Below are positions 1 to 9,954 of a stretch of DNA of 32,000 nt, piece by piece. The translations under genes and the position numbers were made by a program. Positions within the stretch are counted from its first letter, which is position 1. Each line of letters starts with the position of its first letter. This DNA is from Aliivibrio fischeri ES114 (GTDB taxonomy: Bacteria > Pseudomonadota > Gammaproteobacteria > Enterobacterales > Vibrionaceae), in the NCBI RefSeq assembly GCF_000011805.1, contig NC_006840.2, one strand, 5' to 3'. The notes under the pieces were generated by a model that was given only the letters and a program-made list of their open reading frames with translations, did no database searches and was not told the origin of the DNA.

Positions 1-459
1 AGTAATGATAAGAAGAAAACATTAGGAGGCCTATATATTGATGTTAACGCAAACCTTGTAGATAAGGTCTTTTTTGATGGCTACGCCGATTTCGCAACCA
101 GAATCAGTTCAGATGTTGATACTTGGAAAGCCGGTCTTGGTTACGCTTTTTACTCAACACCAACCTTATCAGTTCCAGCCTCTTGTGGTTGGGTAAACTA
201 TCATGCTGAACGTGACTCAAGATCATACTCTGAAGGTGCAGGCTACTGTAAAGTCGGAGTAAAAACACAAATAGCAAATCACTGGCTACTGGATGCAACC
301 TATCAACATGAATTTTTAGATGAATCTAAAGATACCTTGGGGATTAAAAACGTATTTCAATTTGGACGTGTTTTTGGATTAGTTGCAGGCTTTAAATATG
401 CAGAACGAATCGAGAGTGAAATCACATACCAATTAGGTATGCAGTTCTCTTTCCACTAA
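1..459 (+). CDS. C-terminal part of an outer-membrane beta-barrel (porin-like) protein, truncated at the window start
   Basis: Frame 1 is open from base 1 to TAA at 457-459 (SNDKKKTLGGLYIDVNANLVDKVFFDGYADF...ITYQLGMQFSFH*). Alternating beta-strand pattern, C-terminal aromatic residue typical of OM barrels. Confidence 0.6.
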   Translation, partial: SNDKKKTLGGLYIDVNANLVDKVFFDGYADFATRISSDVDTWKAGLGYAFYSTPTLSVPASCGWVNYHAERDSRSYSEGAGYCKVGVKTQIANHWLLDATYQHEFLDESKDTLGIKNVFQFGRVFGLVAGFKYAERIESEITYQLGMQFSFH

Positions 460-482
460 TTCAATCAGTTATATAGATCTTA

Positions 483-519
483 ATAGCAAAAATGGAGGTC
501 TACATAGTATTCCTCCATT
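483..519 (-). terminator. Intrinsic terminator for the 537..989 gene
   Basis: Inverted repeat aatggagg...cctccatt (491-498/512-519), followed on the minus strand by TTTTTG. Confidence 0.6.
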
Positions 520-536
520 ATCAAATAGCGTTATTA

Positions 537-989
537 TCACTCTAAAATGATTTTTGCATTTTTCTCTTGGTCTTCACTTACCAAACTTTGCATTGATGGA
601 TTACTAGGGTAACTCTCACCATCAAAGCGCATTAATACACTTCCCTTTCCTTTTGACCATACAATTATATCGTTCCATCCACTCGTTTTTGTTTCAGCAA
701 TACGTATTGGTGAACCCGTTACTGTACTTTTAGATATGAATGTAAAATCCGAACCCGTATTTTGAAAAATTAATACGGTACACCCACCAGACCCACACCA
801 ATTCATTCCTTTCAACATTACAATTGCATCATCAAATCCATCTGAATTTAAATCAGCATAACCAACATCAAAATTTGGTTTATTTTCTTGAGATATTAAT
901 GACACGGCTTGATTAATGTCTGGAATCTCATGGGCTTCTTCATTACAACCAAATAAGAATAATGAAAATAGAATCCACCAGTATTTCAT
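537..989 (-). CDS. Hypothetical lipoprotein with FG-GAP/VCBS-like 'DLNSDGFDDAIV' segment
   Basis: ORF with lipobox-like N-terminus MKYWWILFSLFLFGCNEE; DxNxDGxxD motif. Confidence 0.7.
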   Translation of the reverse strand: MKYWWILFSLFLFGCNEEAHEIPDINQAVSLISQENKPNFDVGYADLNSDGFDDAIVMLKGMNWCGSGGCTVLIFQNTGSDFTFISKSTVTGSPIRIAETKTSGWNDIIVWSKGKGSVLMRFDGESYPSNPSMQSLVSEDQEKNAKIILE

Positions 990-1025
990 CTTATTCCTCT
1001 CTTATAAAAACAGAATGGCTAAAAC

Positions 1026-1062
1026 AAAAACACTCGACAAATTTTAACTGTCGAGTGTTTTT
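1026..1062 (-). terminator. Intrinsic terminator downstream of the DEAD-box helicase (probably bidirectional)
   Basis: Stem aaaaacactcgaca / tgtcgagtgttttt with 9-nt loop. Confidence 0.8.
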
Positions 1063-1088
1063 TAGATTATTCATATAACAGTATAGAG

Positions 1089-2354
1089 TTACCAGTTATC
1101 TTTGTATTTCTTTTTGTTCTTTTTACCAGTACCTTCAGGTTTAGCGACAGGCTTAATTGAAGCTAAAAGTGCTTCTGTGATCTCTTCATTCACTTCAAAC
1201 CCTTCAACTTGCTCACGCTCAAGACGAATTTTATTTTTCTTCTCAATGATTTTAAAGTGATGGTAATCTTCATAATCAATCAAAGATAATGCTAGACCAA
1301 CTTCTCCTGCACGGCCACTTCGACCAATACGGTGCATATAATCTGCTGGACTTCTTGGTAAATCAAAATTAATCACAACAGGCAGTTTTTCAATATCCAA
1401 ACCACGAGCGGCAATATCTGTTGCGATCAAAACATCAATCTCACCCGCTTTAAATGCTTCAAGAACGCGAGTACGAGCACCTTGACCTTTATCACCATGG
1501 AACACTTCCGCTGCAATACCACGTTTAGCCAGTTTATCAGCTAGATGATTACACGCATTTTTAGCGTTTACAAAGATAAGCGCTTGTCGCCATTGGTTCT
1601 TTTGAATCAAATGAGCAAGAACCGATGTCTTCTCACCTTTATTCACGGTAAAGACACGTTGTACGACGGTACTTGCATCTGCGCTTTGTAATTGAATTTC
1701 TACAGGATTATTCAATAGCGCTTGAGTTAATGTTTGAACTTCTTCTGGAAACGTTGCTGAAAACAGTAATGTTTGTTTTTGCTTTGGGGCTAATGCTAAT
1801 AATTCATTAAGCTCTTCAGTAAAGCCTAAGCTCAGCATTCTATCAGCTTCATCAAGCACTAGCGTTTTCACTTTATCTAGCTTAACTGCATTGCTTGAAA
1901 TCAAATCAAGTAAGCGTCCTGGAGTAGCGACCAAAATATCTGCACCACCACGTAATGCAAGCATTTGAGTATTTACGGAGACACCGCCAAAGACAGAAAC
2001 GGTTTTAATTGCACCATTAAAATGCACAGCGTAAGACTTAATACTATCCGCTACTTGTTTCGCTAACTCACGAGTAGGTACTAATACTAAACCAGTAACA
2101 AAGTTCCCTTTGCTCGCTTGCGCTTTACCCGATTGAAGTTCCGCAATCTGTTGCAATAAAGGCAAAGCAAACGTTGCAGTTTTACCAGAACCTGTATTTG
2201 CTCCTGCAATCAAATCACGTCCAGCAAGCACGCTTGGGATAGCTTGTGCTTGAATTGGTGTTGGCTGTTGATATTCCAACTCAGTTAAACGAGCTAAAAG
2301 AGGCGAAATAAGGCCAAGTTCTGTAAAATTGGCAGGTGCTGTCGTAGTGGTCAT
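1089..2354 (-). CDS. rhlE: DEAD/DEAH-box ATP-dependent RNA helicase, RhlE-like
   Basis: Q motif, ANTGSGKT (Walker A), DEAD (VLDEADRML), SAT, and HRIGRSGRAG motifs; short basic C-terminus. The family is certain; the rhlE assignment is by resemblance. Confidence 0.9.
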   Translation of the reverse strand: MTTTTAPANFTELGLISPLLARLTELEYQQPTPIQAQAIPSVLAGRDLIAGANTGSGKTATFALPLLQQIAELQSGKAQASKGNFVTGLVLVPTRELAKQVADSIKSYAVHFNGAIKTVSVFGGVSVNTQMLALRGGADILVATPGRLLDLISSNAVKLDKVKTLVLDEADRMLSLGFTEELNELLALAPKQKQTLLFSATFPEEVQTLTQALLNNPVEIQLQSADASTVVQRVFTVNKGEKTSVLAHLIQKNQWRQALIFVNAKNACNHLADKLAKRGIAAEVFHGDKGQGARTRVLEAFKAGEIDVLIATDIAARGLDIEKLPVVINFDLPRSPADYMHRIGRSGRAGEVGLALSLIDYEDYHHFKIIEKKNKIRLEREQVEGFEVNEEITEALLASIKPVAKPEGTGKKNKKKYKDNW

Positions 2355-2493
2355 GTATATAAAGAACTCAAAGCTAAAAAATAGCCGATCATTTTAGCCT
2401 ATTTCGATGCGATTAAGTGAATTAATTACGTAATAAATTCGGTAACCATTAAAAGCAATTGATCTTTCACGACAGCGATATGAATCATTTCTT

Positions 2494-2913
2494 CTATTGT
2501 TTTTCAATAAACCATGTACCTCGGCACGGTGCGTTTGTTACTTTCCATTCACCTTCAATACGATTATTTTTAGCTAAACCAGTGAAGCGATAACCCCACT
2601 TTTGACTATCAGCATACAAGGCTAGCTCCCCGTGATCAGATATCCATCCTTTTAAGGTCGTATTGTTATACACCAGTCTTAACGACACTTTCCCTTCTTG
2701 AATGGCACCGACAACACTTGTTTGGCGACAAATACTATCACCACTAATATCAATACGTTTACCACTCCAATCACCATCAAAATCGTTTGATATATTAAAT
2801 GAAGGATTATCAGGTAATGGCGTATTTAATGGTACTCTTTCCGTATTATTCATATTACTTGTAATAAAAACAAATAAACCAACCGCAATAATACCCAATA
2901 ATCCTTTTTTCAT
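2494..2913 (-). CDS. Hypothetical small secreted/membrane-anchored protein
   Basis: ORF with N-terminal hydrophobic segment MKKGLLGIIAVGLFVFI; no recognised domain. Confidence 0.6.
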   Translation of the reverse strand: MKKGLLGIIAVGLFVFITSNMNNTERVPLNTPLPDNPSFNISNDFDGDWSGKRIDISGDSICRQTSVVGAIQEGKVSLRLVYNNTTLKGWISDHGELALYADSQKWGYRFTGLAKNNRIEGEWKVTNAPCRGTWFIEKQ

Positions 2914-2945
2914 TTTATATCCTTATAATACATTCAAATAACAAA

Positions 2946-3554
2946 CTACTCTGTTGCTTTATTATCACGTAGTGTGGCTTTTACAGGTTCAACAACAATG
3001 GTATTTATATCGATATCAGCGACATTATTTTCGATATAATTAAGATCTCGTTCATTTTTATCATGTACCGTAATCGTAATGTCTCCATTACCACCACAGC
3101 GATCACCATAAATTTCACCGATGTACTTTATTTCTTTAGGCTTTAATGTAAATGATTCGGTAATCATCGGCTCATCATAACTGAAGAATGGGTTCGTATT
3201 CGATAACCAGAAATCATAAGTACCCGGCTCAAGAACGGTTGAATAAACTAAGGCATATTCTGATTCAAAAAAACTATCAATATATCCATTATTTAACTGA
3301 TAAACACCGATACTATCAGCGAAAACAGCCGGATCTTCTGCTTTTTTTATAACAACTTGAACGGTATTAATCTTACAAGCTTCGTATGCACCAGCTGAAA
3401 AAATTAATACGGATTGATTCTCTTCTAGGTTATTTACATCAACGTCATAAACCGTTGGCAACGTGGTCGCGCAACCAGTCAATACACTTAATGCTGTACC
3501 AATAAACAAAGCTTTAGTTTTCATTTTGCATCCCTGTATAAACAATATATCCAC
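2946..3554 (-). CDS. Hypothetical lipoprotein; start is probably internal at MKTKALFIGTALSVLTGC
   Basis: The MKTKALFIGTALSVLTGCATT lipobox begins 10 residues into the ORF, so the likely start is near 3524. Confidence 0.7.
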   Translation of the reverse strand: MDILFIQGCKMKTKALFIGTALSVLTGCATTLPTVYDVDVNNLEENQSVLIFSAGAYEACKINTVQVVIKKAEDPAVFADSIGVYQLNNGYIDSFFESEYALVYSTVLEPGTYDFWLSNTNPFFSYDEPMITESFTLKPKEIKYIGEIYGDRCGGNGDITITVHDKNERDLNYIENNVADIDINTIVVEPVKATLRDNKATE

Positions 3555-3831
3555 TAACGAACACTAAGTTTATATAGGTCTTTTTTCTTCATCATTACTG
3601 TTTCTATTTCAAACAATAAATATGCTAAGTCACTCTAATAACTTGGCATTGAATATAAAAAAATGAGAGACACTCGATATATCAGTTAAATTCACTATAA
3701 TTGATTTAATCGTAATATTTACTCTAAGCAAAAAAGTTCGATACCCTTTACAAAAAGAATAAGCACTTTCCACATTAAATCAGTGTTAAAATATCTGCCT
3801 CAATACTTAAACTATTTTACGAGAATTTTTA

Positions 3832-4167
3832 ATGTCGACTCAAAACCCTGTTCTTGAAGATGTGTTTGTTGCTTTTCAAGTGATCCCACGATTAAAAGAA
3901 GGCAATAATTTTGAAGTTGTAGATAAAGCAATTGAAGTTGTTAAAGCAGCAAATGTTCCCTACCAAGTTGGCGCAATGGAAACAACGATGAAAGGTGAAT
4001 TGAATTATTTACTAGAAGTCGTTAAAAAAGCTCAACAAGCATGCTACGACGCAGGTGCTCTAGAAGTGATTACCAATATAAAAATCCACAGTAAAACAGA
4101 GGCTGCGACAGATACTTTCTGCACTTATGATCGTGGTGTAACCAAAGCAAACCATATGTTTGTTTAA
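3832..4167 (+). CDS. MTH1187 family (DUF77-like) thiamine-binding-type protein
   Basis: VFVAFQVIPRLKEG...IEVVKAANVPYQVGAMETTMKGELNYLLEVVKKAQQACYDAGALEVITNIKIHSK resembles the MTH1187/YqgV family. Confidence 0.7.
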   Translation: MSTQNPVLEDVFVAFQVIPRLKEGNNFEVVDKAIEVVKAANVPYQVGAMETTMKGELNYLLEVVKKAQQACYDAGALEVITNIKIHSKTEAATDTFCTYDRGVTKANHMFV

Positions 4168-4177
4168 CATGAATATC

Positions 4178-4210
4178 TAGCCGTCAGTAAAATGCTGACG
4201 GCTAAAAATG
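4178..4210 (+). terminator. Intrinsic terminator between the MTH1187-family gene and the convergent antitoxin gene
   Basis: tagccgtcag / ctgacggcta, 10-bp arms, 7-nt loop, then AAAAA (minus-strand T-tract; probably bidirectional). Confidence 0.7.
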
Positions 4211-4246
4211 AACTAATTATTGTATGTTATTTTTCAAACTCTACAC

Positions 4247-4528
4247 TTAATCTGAAAATTTAGAATACAACTCAGGTTCCTTGCTTAATAAATTAAGAAC
4301 CTTACTTGCTAAACCTGTTGGGTTTCGTCTTCCTTGCTCCCAACTTTTCACGGTATCAACACTAACATCAATTGCCATTGCTAACTCTTTCTGTGTTACA
4401 TGTAACTGTTCTCGAATGGCCTTCACGTCTGCTATTTCATAACGTGTAACGTTACCTTCTAAATTTCCTTTTTTTATTTCAACCGCTTGCTCTAGTGATT
4501 TAATGATGTCATCTGCAATACTACTCAT
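4247..4528 (-). CDS. HigA/NadS-type helix-turn-helix antitoxin-like regulator
   Basis: VKAIREQLHVTQKELAMAIDVSVDTVKSWEQGRRNPTGLASKVLNLLSKEPEL: HTH_3/XRE with NadS/HigA-style C-terminus. Confidence 0.8.
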   Translation of the reverse strand: MSSIADDIIKSLEQAVEIKKGNLEGNVTRYEIADVKAIREQLHVTQKELAMAIDVSVDTVKSWEQGRRNPTGLASKVLNLLSKEPELYSKFSD

Positions 4529-4553
4529 TGTTGTACCTCATTTTTCAATCTAG

Positions 4554-4568
4554 GAGTACATTGTACTC
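4554..4568. promoter_or_regulatory. Probable autoregulatory operator of the HigA/NadS-like gene
   Basis: Perfect palindrome GAGTACA-T-TGTACTC, 26 nt upstream of the start codon, containing a TACAAT -10-like element on the minus strand. Confidence 0.6.
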
Positions 4569-4758
4569 TACTAGTAACGAGTATACATAAGCTTAAGAAT
4601 CAATCAATTTGAAAGTACCCTTTTCCTTTTCATCTTTAAGTATCTAATAAACTTTGCGCTAGATCTCTTATTCAGTCTTTCATCAATTAGATTCCTGCGT
4701 TTGATCACAATTAGTTACATTCCTAGATGCAATGTGTCAATTCTTGCTCTAAATTCAC

Positions 4759-4788
4759 CATCGAAACGTTTACGCAAACGTTTCGATG
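4759..4788. promoter_or_regulatory. LacI-family (probable RbsR) operator upstream of rbsD
   Basis: Perfect inverted repeat CATCGAAACGTTT-ACGC-AAACGTTTCGATG, 13-bp arms, 4-nt centre. Confidence 0.75.
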
Positions 4789-4840
4789 AGCACAAAACAG
4801 ACAATAAACGCTCATTGCATTTTTAACTTAAGGTGTCCTC

Positions 4841-5260
4841 ATGAAAAAAAATACGCTGCTAAATTCTGAATTGTCATACGTTATCGCAACACTTGGTCAT
4901 ACTGATGAGATCACCATTTGTGATGCTGGCCTTCCTATTCCTGACGCTTCACAACGTATTGACCTTGCTCTAATTCAAGGCATACCAACCTTTATTGACA
5001 CCGTAAAAGCAACACTTACTGAAATGCAAATTGAAGGCGTAATTGTTGCCGAAGAATTTAAAACCGTTAGCCCACAAATGCACGATGAACTAATGACACT
5101 CATTGCAGCCGAAGAAGCGCAATGTAGTAAATCAATCACTGTTTCTTACATTCCTCATGAGGAATTCAAAATCCATACTCGTGAGAGTAAAGCGATCGTT
5201 CGAACTGGTGAATGTACCCCTTATGCCAATGTAATTTTTCAATCTGGCGTTGTTTTTTAA
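4841..5260 (+). CDS. rbsD: D-ribose pyranase
   Basis: MKKNTLLNSELSYVIATLGHTDEITICDAGLPIP...GECTPYANVIFQSGVVF; first gene of rbs operon. Confidence 0.95.
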   Translation: MKKNTLLNSELSYVIATLGHTDEITICDAGLPIPDASQRIDLALIQGIPTFIDTVKATLTEMQIEGVIVAEEFKTVSPQMHDELMTLIAAEEAQCSKSITVSYIPHEEFKIHTRESKAIVRTGECTPYANVIFQSGVVF

Positions 5261-5272
5261 GTAGGATACGTT

Positions 5273-6787
5273 ATGACTCAAGCTATCTTAGAATTAAACG
5301 GCATTGAGAAAGCCTTCCCCGGAGTGAAAGCTCTGGATGGTGCTTGTCTTAATGTCTATCCCGGCAAAGTCATGGCCCTGATGGGTGAAAATGGCGCGGG
5401 TAAATCAACCTTAATGAAGTCACTAACGGGCATCTACGCAATGGATGCTGGCGAAATCCGCTATGAAGGCAAAGCGGTTAACTTTAATGGTCCTAAACAC
5501 TCTCAAGAATCTGGTATTAGTATTATTCACCAAGAGTTGAACCTAATTCCTGAATTGACCATTGCAGAAAACATCTTCTTAGGCCGTGAAAAAACCAATG
5601 CGTTTGGCGGGATCAAATGGTCTGAAATGTACAAAGATGCTGATGCCCTACTCAAACGTTTGAATGTAAAACACCACTCTCGCCAACTATTAGGTGAACT
5701 GAGTTTAGGTGAACAACAAATGGTTGAAATTGCCAAAGCTCTATCATTCAAATCCAAAGTTATCATCATGGATGAACCGACAGATGCGTTAACGGATACC
5801 GAAACCGAATCGCTATTTAAAGTAATTAACGAACTACGTGATGAAGGTTGTGGCATTGTTTATATCTCGCACCGTCTAAAAGAGATCTTCGAGATCTGCG
5901 ATGACATTACAGTACTGCGTGATGGTAAATTCATCGGTGAACGTGTCGTTGCGGATATCGATGAAGACACACTAATTGAAATGATGGTAGGCCGTCGTCT
6001 TGATGAGCAATACCCTCGCATCGATGTTCAACATGGTGAAAAATCCCTAGAGCTATTCGATGTATCAGGTCCTGGTGTTCATAATGTTAGCTTTTCATTA
6101 GACCGTGGGGAAATCCTTGGGATCTCAGGTTTAATGGGCGCAGGCCGTACTGAATTGATGAAAATCATCTACGGTGCACTGCCAATGACTTGTGGTGCTA
6201 TCAAGCTAAACAACAAAATGATTAACCCTATTTCACCACGTGATGGATTAGCTAATGGCATCGCCTACATCTCAGAAGACCGTAAAGGTGATGGTCTGGT
6301 TCTTGGATTATCGGTTAAAGAGAACATGTCGATTTGTTCTTTAGATCAATTATCGAAAGGCATTCAATTAGATCATCATGCGGAAGTCACCGCGGTTGAA
6401 GACTTTATTCGTTTATTCAACATTAAGACCCCTACTCGTGATCAAATCATTGGTAATTTATCTGGTGGTAATCAACAAAAAGTAGCCATTGCTAAAGGAT
6501 TAATGACTCGTCCAAAAGTATTGATTTTAGATGAACCAACACGTGGCGTTGATGTTGGTGCGAAAAAAGAGATCTACCAATTAATTAACCAATTTAAAGC
6601 GGAAGGCATGAGCATCATTTTAGTCTCATCTGAAATGCCTGAAGTTCTAGGAATGAGTGACCGCATCCTAGTTATGCATGAAGGCCGTATTAGTGGCGAA
6701 TTCATGGCAAAAGATGCCGACCAAGAAAAATTATTGGCTTGTGCAGTAGGTAAAACTGTTGAGCAAAATGTAGAGGTAACAGCATGA
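5273..6787 (+). CDS. rbsA: Ribose ABC transporter, duplicated ATP-binding protein
   Basis: Two ABC domains ([39 protein letters not shown]); synteny. Confidence 0.97.
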   Translation: MTQAILELNGIEKAFPGVKALDGACLNVYPGKVMALMGENGAGKSTLMKSLTGIYAMDAGEIRYEGKAVNFNGPKHSQESGISIIHQELNLIPELTIAENIFLGREKTNAFGGIKWSEMYKDADALLKRLNVKHHSRQLLGELSLGEQQMVEIAKALSFKSKVIIMDEPTDALTDTETESLFKVINELRDEGCGIVYISHRLKEIFEICDDITVLRDGKFIGERVVADIDEDTLIEMMVGRRLDEQYPRIDVQHGEKSLELFDVSGPGVHNVSFSLDRGEILGISGLMGAGRTELMKIIYGALPMTCGAIKLNNKMINPISPRDGLANGIAYISEDRKGDGLVLGLSVKENMSICSLDQLSKGIQLDHHAEVTAVEDFIRLFNIKTPTRDQIIGNLSGGNQQKVAIAKGLMTRPKVLILDEPTRGVDVGAKKEIYQLINQFKAEGMSIILVSSEMPEVLGMSDRILVMHEGRISGEFMAKDADQEKLLACAVGKTVEQNVEVTA

Positions 6788-7770
6788 GCACCAAATCAAT
6801 GACTTCAACTGAAACACAACAAAAGAAAGGCGGCATTTTTTCTAAAGAGTGGCTGATTGAACAAAAATCATTAATCGCGCTATTGCTTTTGATTGTCGTG
6901 GTATCCTTTTTGAACGACAACTTTTTTACTGTCGACAACATCCTAAACATCCTACGTCAAACCTCAGTTAACGCGATTATTGCGGTAGGTATGACGTTAG
7001 TTATCTTAACGGCAGGTATCGACTTAAGCGTTGGCTCTGTATTAGCCCTTTGTGGTGCTTTTGCGGCAACCATGATTGGCCTTGAAATTCCGGTGATGAT
7101 TGCGGTTCCAACAGCACTACTTGCTGGTGCAGCTCTAGGTGCAATCAGCGGTATTATTATCGCAAAAGGTAAAGTTCAAGCATTCATTGCGACGCTAGTA
7201 ACCATGACGTTATTACGTGGTGTGACAATGGTTTACACAGAAGGTCGCCCTATCTCTACTGGTTTTACTGATGTTGCTGACAGCTTTGCATGGTTCGGTA
7301 CAGGTTACGCGCTTGGTATCCCAGTTCCTATCTGGCTAATGGTTATCGTGTTTGCATCTGTATGGTACTTACTAAACCACACACGTTTTGGTCGCTACGT
7401 TTATGCTCTAGGTGGCAATGAATCAGCAACTCGCCTATCTGGTATCAATGTGGATCGCGTTAAGATCGGTGTTTACGCTATCTGTGGTCTACTTGCTGCA
7501 CTGGCTGGTTTAATCGTAACGTCTCGTCTTTCTTCAGCTCAACCAACAGCAGGTATGGGCTACGAGCTAGACGCTATCGCAGCGGTTGTACTTGGTGGTA
7601 CAAGCCTTGCGGGTGGTAAAGGTCGCATCATGGGTACATTAATTGGTGCGCTTATCATCGGCTTCTTAAACAACGCTCTGAACTTATTAGATGTTTCTTC
7701 TTACTACCAAATGATTGCCAAAGCAGTGGTTATCCTACTGGCAGTATTAGTGGACAACAAAAACAAGTAA
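6784..7770 (+). CDS. rbsC: Ribose ABC transporter permease
   Basis: Hydrophobic permease with [12 protein letters not shown]; 4-nt ATGA overlap with rbsA. Confidence 0.97.
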   Translation: MSTKSMTSTETQQKKGGIFSKEWLIEQKSLIALLLLIVVVSFLNDNFFTVDNILNILRQTSVNAIIAVGMTLVILTAGIDLSVGSVLALCGAFAATMIGLEIPVMIAVPTALLAGAALGAISGIIIAKGKVQAFIATLVTMTLLRGVTMVYTEGRPISTGFTDVADSFAWFGTGYALGIPVPIWLMVIVFASVWYLLNHTRFGRYVYALGGNESATRLSGINVDRVKIGVYAICGLLAALAGLIVTSRLSSAQPTAGMGYELDAIAAVVLGGTSLAGGKGRIMGTLIGALIIGFLNNALNLLDVSSYYQMIAKAVVILLAVLVDNKNK

Positions 7771-7901
7771 CACCTTATTATTTATACAATAACTTATTAC
7801 GAATACCCCTATAAATTCGTTTGCTGTTAACACAAAAATAGGCACAACCAGACGTACCATGTTTGACTTGTGCCGCCCTACACCCTTATAAGGAATATAG
7901 A

Positions 7902-8780
7902 ATGAAAAAGTTAGCAACCCTAATCTCTGCAGCCCTACTTTCTACCTCTTTCGCATCAACAGCGGCAGCTCAAGATACGATGGCAATGGTCGTTTCAACA
8001 TTGAATAACCCATTTTTTGTGACCATGAAAGAAGGCGCTGAAGCAAAAGCAAAAGACCTAGGCTACAAACTGATTGTTCTTGATTCTCAAAACGATCCAA
8101 GTAAAGAGCTTTCAAACATTGAAGATCTTACGGTTCGTGGCGTAAAAGCAATTCTTATCAACCCAACCGATTCAGATGCCGTTTCAAATGCGATTCGTAT
8201 GGCTAACCGCTCTGGTATTCCTGTATTAACGCTTGACCGTGGTGCGAGCCGTGGTGAAGTAGTTAGCCACATTGCATCAGATAACGTTGCTGGTGGTGAG
8301 ATGGCAGGTAAATTCATCATGGAAAAAGTGGGCGAAAAAGCACGCGTTATCCAACTTGAAGGCATCGCTGGTACCTCTGCTGCACGTGAACGTGGTGAAG
8401 GTTTCATGAAAACAGTAGATAATGGTGATCTGACTCTACTTGGTAGCCAACCTGCTGATTTTGACCGTACTAAAGGTCTTAACGTTATGGAAAACATGAT
8501 TGCAGCAAACCCTGATGTTCAAGCGGTATTTGCTCAAAATGATGAAATGGCGTTAGGTGCTCTACGTGCAGTTCAAGCATCAGGTAAAGACGTATTAATC
8601 GTCGGTTTTGATGGCACAGAAGATGGTATTGCAGCGGTTAATCGTGGTCTACTTGGCGCAACTATCGCACAGCAACCAGACCTAATTGGTGCACTTGGTG
8701 TAGAAACAGCGGCTAAAGTTCTTAAAGGTGAAAAGGTTGAGAAATTCATTCCTGTTGACCTAAAAGTTATTACAAAGTAA
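7902..8780 (+). CDS. rbsB: Ribose ABC transporter periplasmic substrate-binding protein
   Basis: Signal peptide [23 protein letters not shown]. The ORF track begins at 7863, but the natural start is ATG 7902 preceded by AAGGAATAT. Confidence 0.96.
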   Translation: MKKLATLISAALLSTSFASTAAAQDTMAMVVSTLNNPFFVTMKEGAEAKAKDLGYKLIVLDSQNDPSKELSNIEDLTVRGVKAILINPTDSDAVSNAIRMANRSGIPVLTLDRGASRGEVVSHIASDNVAGGEMAGKFIMEKVGEKARVIQLEGIAGTSAARERGEGFMKTVDNGDLTLLGSQPADFDRTKGLNVMENMIAANPDVQAVFAQNDEMALGALRAVQASGKDVLIVGFDGTEDGIAAVNRGLLGATIAQQPDLIGALGVETAAKVLKGEKVEKFIPVDLKVITK

Positions 8781-8803
8781 TCAGCTTATAAAGTAATAAA
8801 AGC

Positions 8804-8843
8804 GGAGCATTGATACGCTCACAACAACCAGTATCAGTGCTCC
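8804..8843 (+). other. Intercistronic stem-loop between rbsB and rbsK, possible partial terminator or mRNA stabiliser
   Basis: ggagcattgatac / gtatcagtgctcc, 13-bp arms with one G-U, 14-nt loop, followed by ctctttt. Confidence 0.6.
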
Positions 8844-8971
8844 CTCTTTTCAAACATTAGAACCCTATAAAACCTATCGTTAAATGTACGAATTAATCAG
8901 TGAACTGATCGCCCATTTACCCATATGTTTTAAGACCACATTCCGGTCACAGATAAGAAACAAGGCACATT

Positions 8972-9889
8972 ATGAATAAATTAGTTGTTTTAGGTAGCGT
9001 AAACGCAGACCACGTTCTTCAAGTTGCTTCATTCCCTCGCCCTGGCGAGACGTTACACGGTCACAGCTATTCCGTTATTCCTGGTGGCAAAGGCGCAAAC
9101 CAAGCGGTTGCGGCGGCACGTTTAGGTGCTGATATCGCATTTATCGCAAGTGTGGGTGATGACAGTTTTGGTCACCAGATGATTGAAGCTTTTCAGTTTG
9201 ATGGCATTAATACCGAAGCGGTGATGATTGAAGAAAATACACCAACCGGCATTGCGATGATCCAAGTAGCAGCGACCGGCGAAAACAGCATTTGTATTTC
9301 AGCAGAAGCAAATGCGCGTTTAACGGCAGATCGTATCGCTCCTCATCACGGATTAATCGAAGCCGCTGATACCCTATTAATGCAACTTGAAACGCCTATT
9401 GAAACCATAGAAAAAGCAGCACAAATTGCCAAAGCAGCAGGAACTAAAGTGGTATTAAACCCAGCCCCTGCACATCAATTAAGTGATGACTTATTACAAC
9501 TTGTTGATATCATTACACCAAACGAAACAGAAGCCGAACTATTAACAGGCATTCAAGTAACGGATATGGCAAGCGCTCAACAAGCGGCTGATGCACTTCA
9601 TGCAAAAGGCATCGAAACCGTAATGATCACCCTTGGCAGCAAAGGGGTCTGGATAAGCCAAAATGGTTCTGGTCGCCAAGTTGAAGGTTTCAAAGTACAA
9701 GCGACAGATACAACAGGTGCAGGAGATACTTTCAACGGTGCATTCTTAACTGGATTACAATCAGGCCGTAAATTGGATGATGCTATCAAGTTTGCTCACG
9801 CTGCTGCCGCAATATCTGTAACTCGAATGGGTGCTCAAACGTCAATACCTTCAATCACTGAAGTCGAACGTTTTCTCTTAGAGCATTGA
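8972..9889 (+). CDS. rbsK: Ribokinase
   Basis: PfkB family motifs (GGKGANQAVAAARLGADIAF; DTTGAGDTFNGAF). Confidence 0.96.
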   Translation: MNKLVVLGSVNADHVLQVASFPRPGETLHGHSYSVIPGGKGANQAVAAARLGADIAFIASVGDDSFGHQMIEAFQFDGINTEAVMIEENTPTGIAMIQVAATGENSICISAEANARLTADRIAPHHGLIEAADTLLMQLETPIETIEKAAQIAKAAGTKVVLNPAPAHQLSDDLLQLVDIITPNETEAELLTGIQVTDMASAQQAADALHAKGIETVMITLGSKGVWISQNGSGRQVEGFKVQATDTTGAGDTFNGAFLTGLQSGRKLDDAIKFAHAAAAISVTRMGAQTSIPSITEVERFLLEH

Positions 9890-9896
9890 TAATTAA

Positions 9897-9937
9897 ATAT
9901 CGTTGCCTGTATTTGTATTTAATGTAGGCAACGATAT
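9897..9937 (+). other. Intercistronic stem-loop between rbsK and rbsR
   Basis: Perfect 12-bp arms atatcgttgcct / aggcaacgatat with 17-nt loop; no T-tract. Confidence 0.6.
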
Positions 9938-9954
9938 AAACAAGGATTGAATTT

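Noticed and set aside
4690-4730. Possible CRP site upstream of rbsD (TTTGATCACAATTAG)
   Set aside because: Only one good half-site (TCACA/TGTGA); the matching half is absent at the proper spacing, so it is not reported as a feature.
8087-8497. 136-aa minus-strand ORF inside rbsB
   Set aside because: Antisense shadow of rbsB; same reasoning applies to 5527..5856, 6702..6950 and 9598..9789 within rbs genes.
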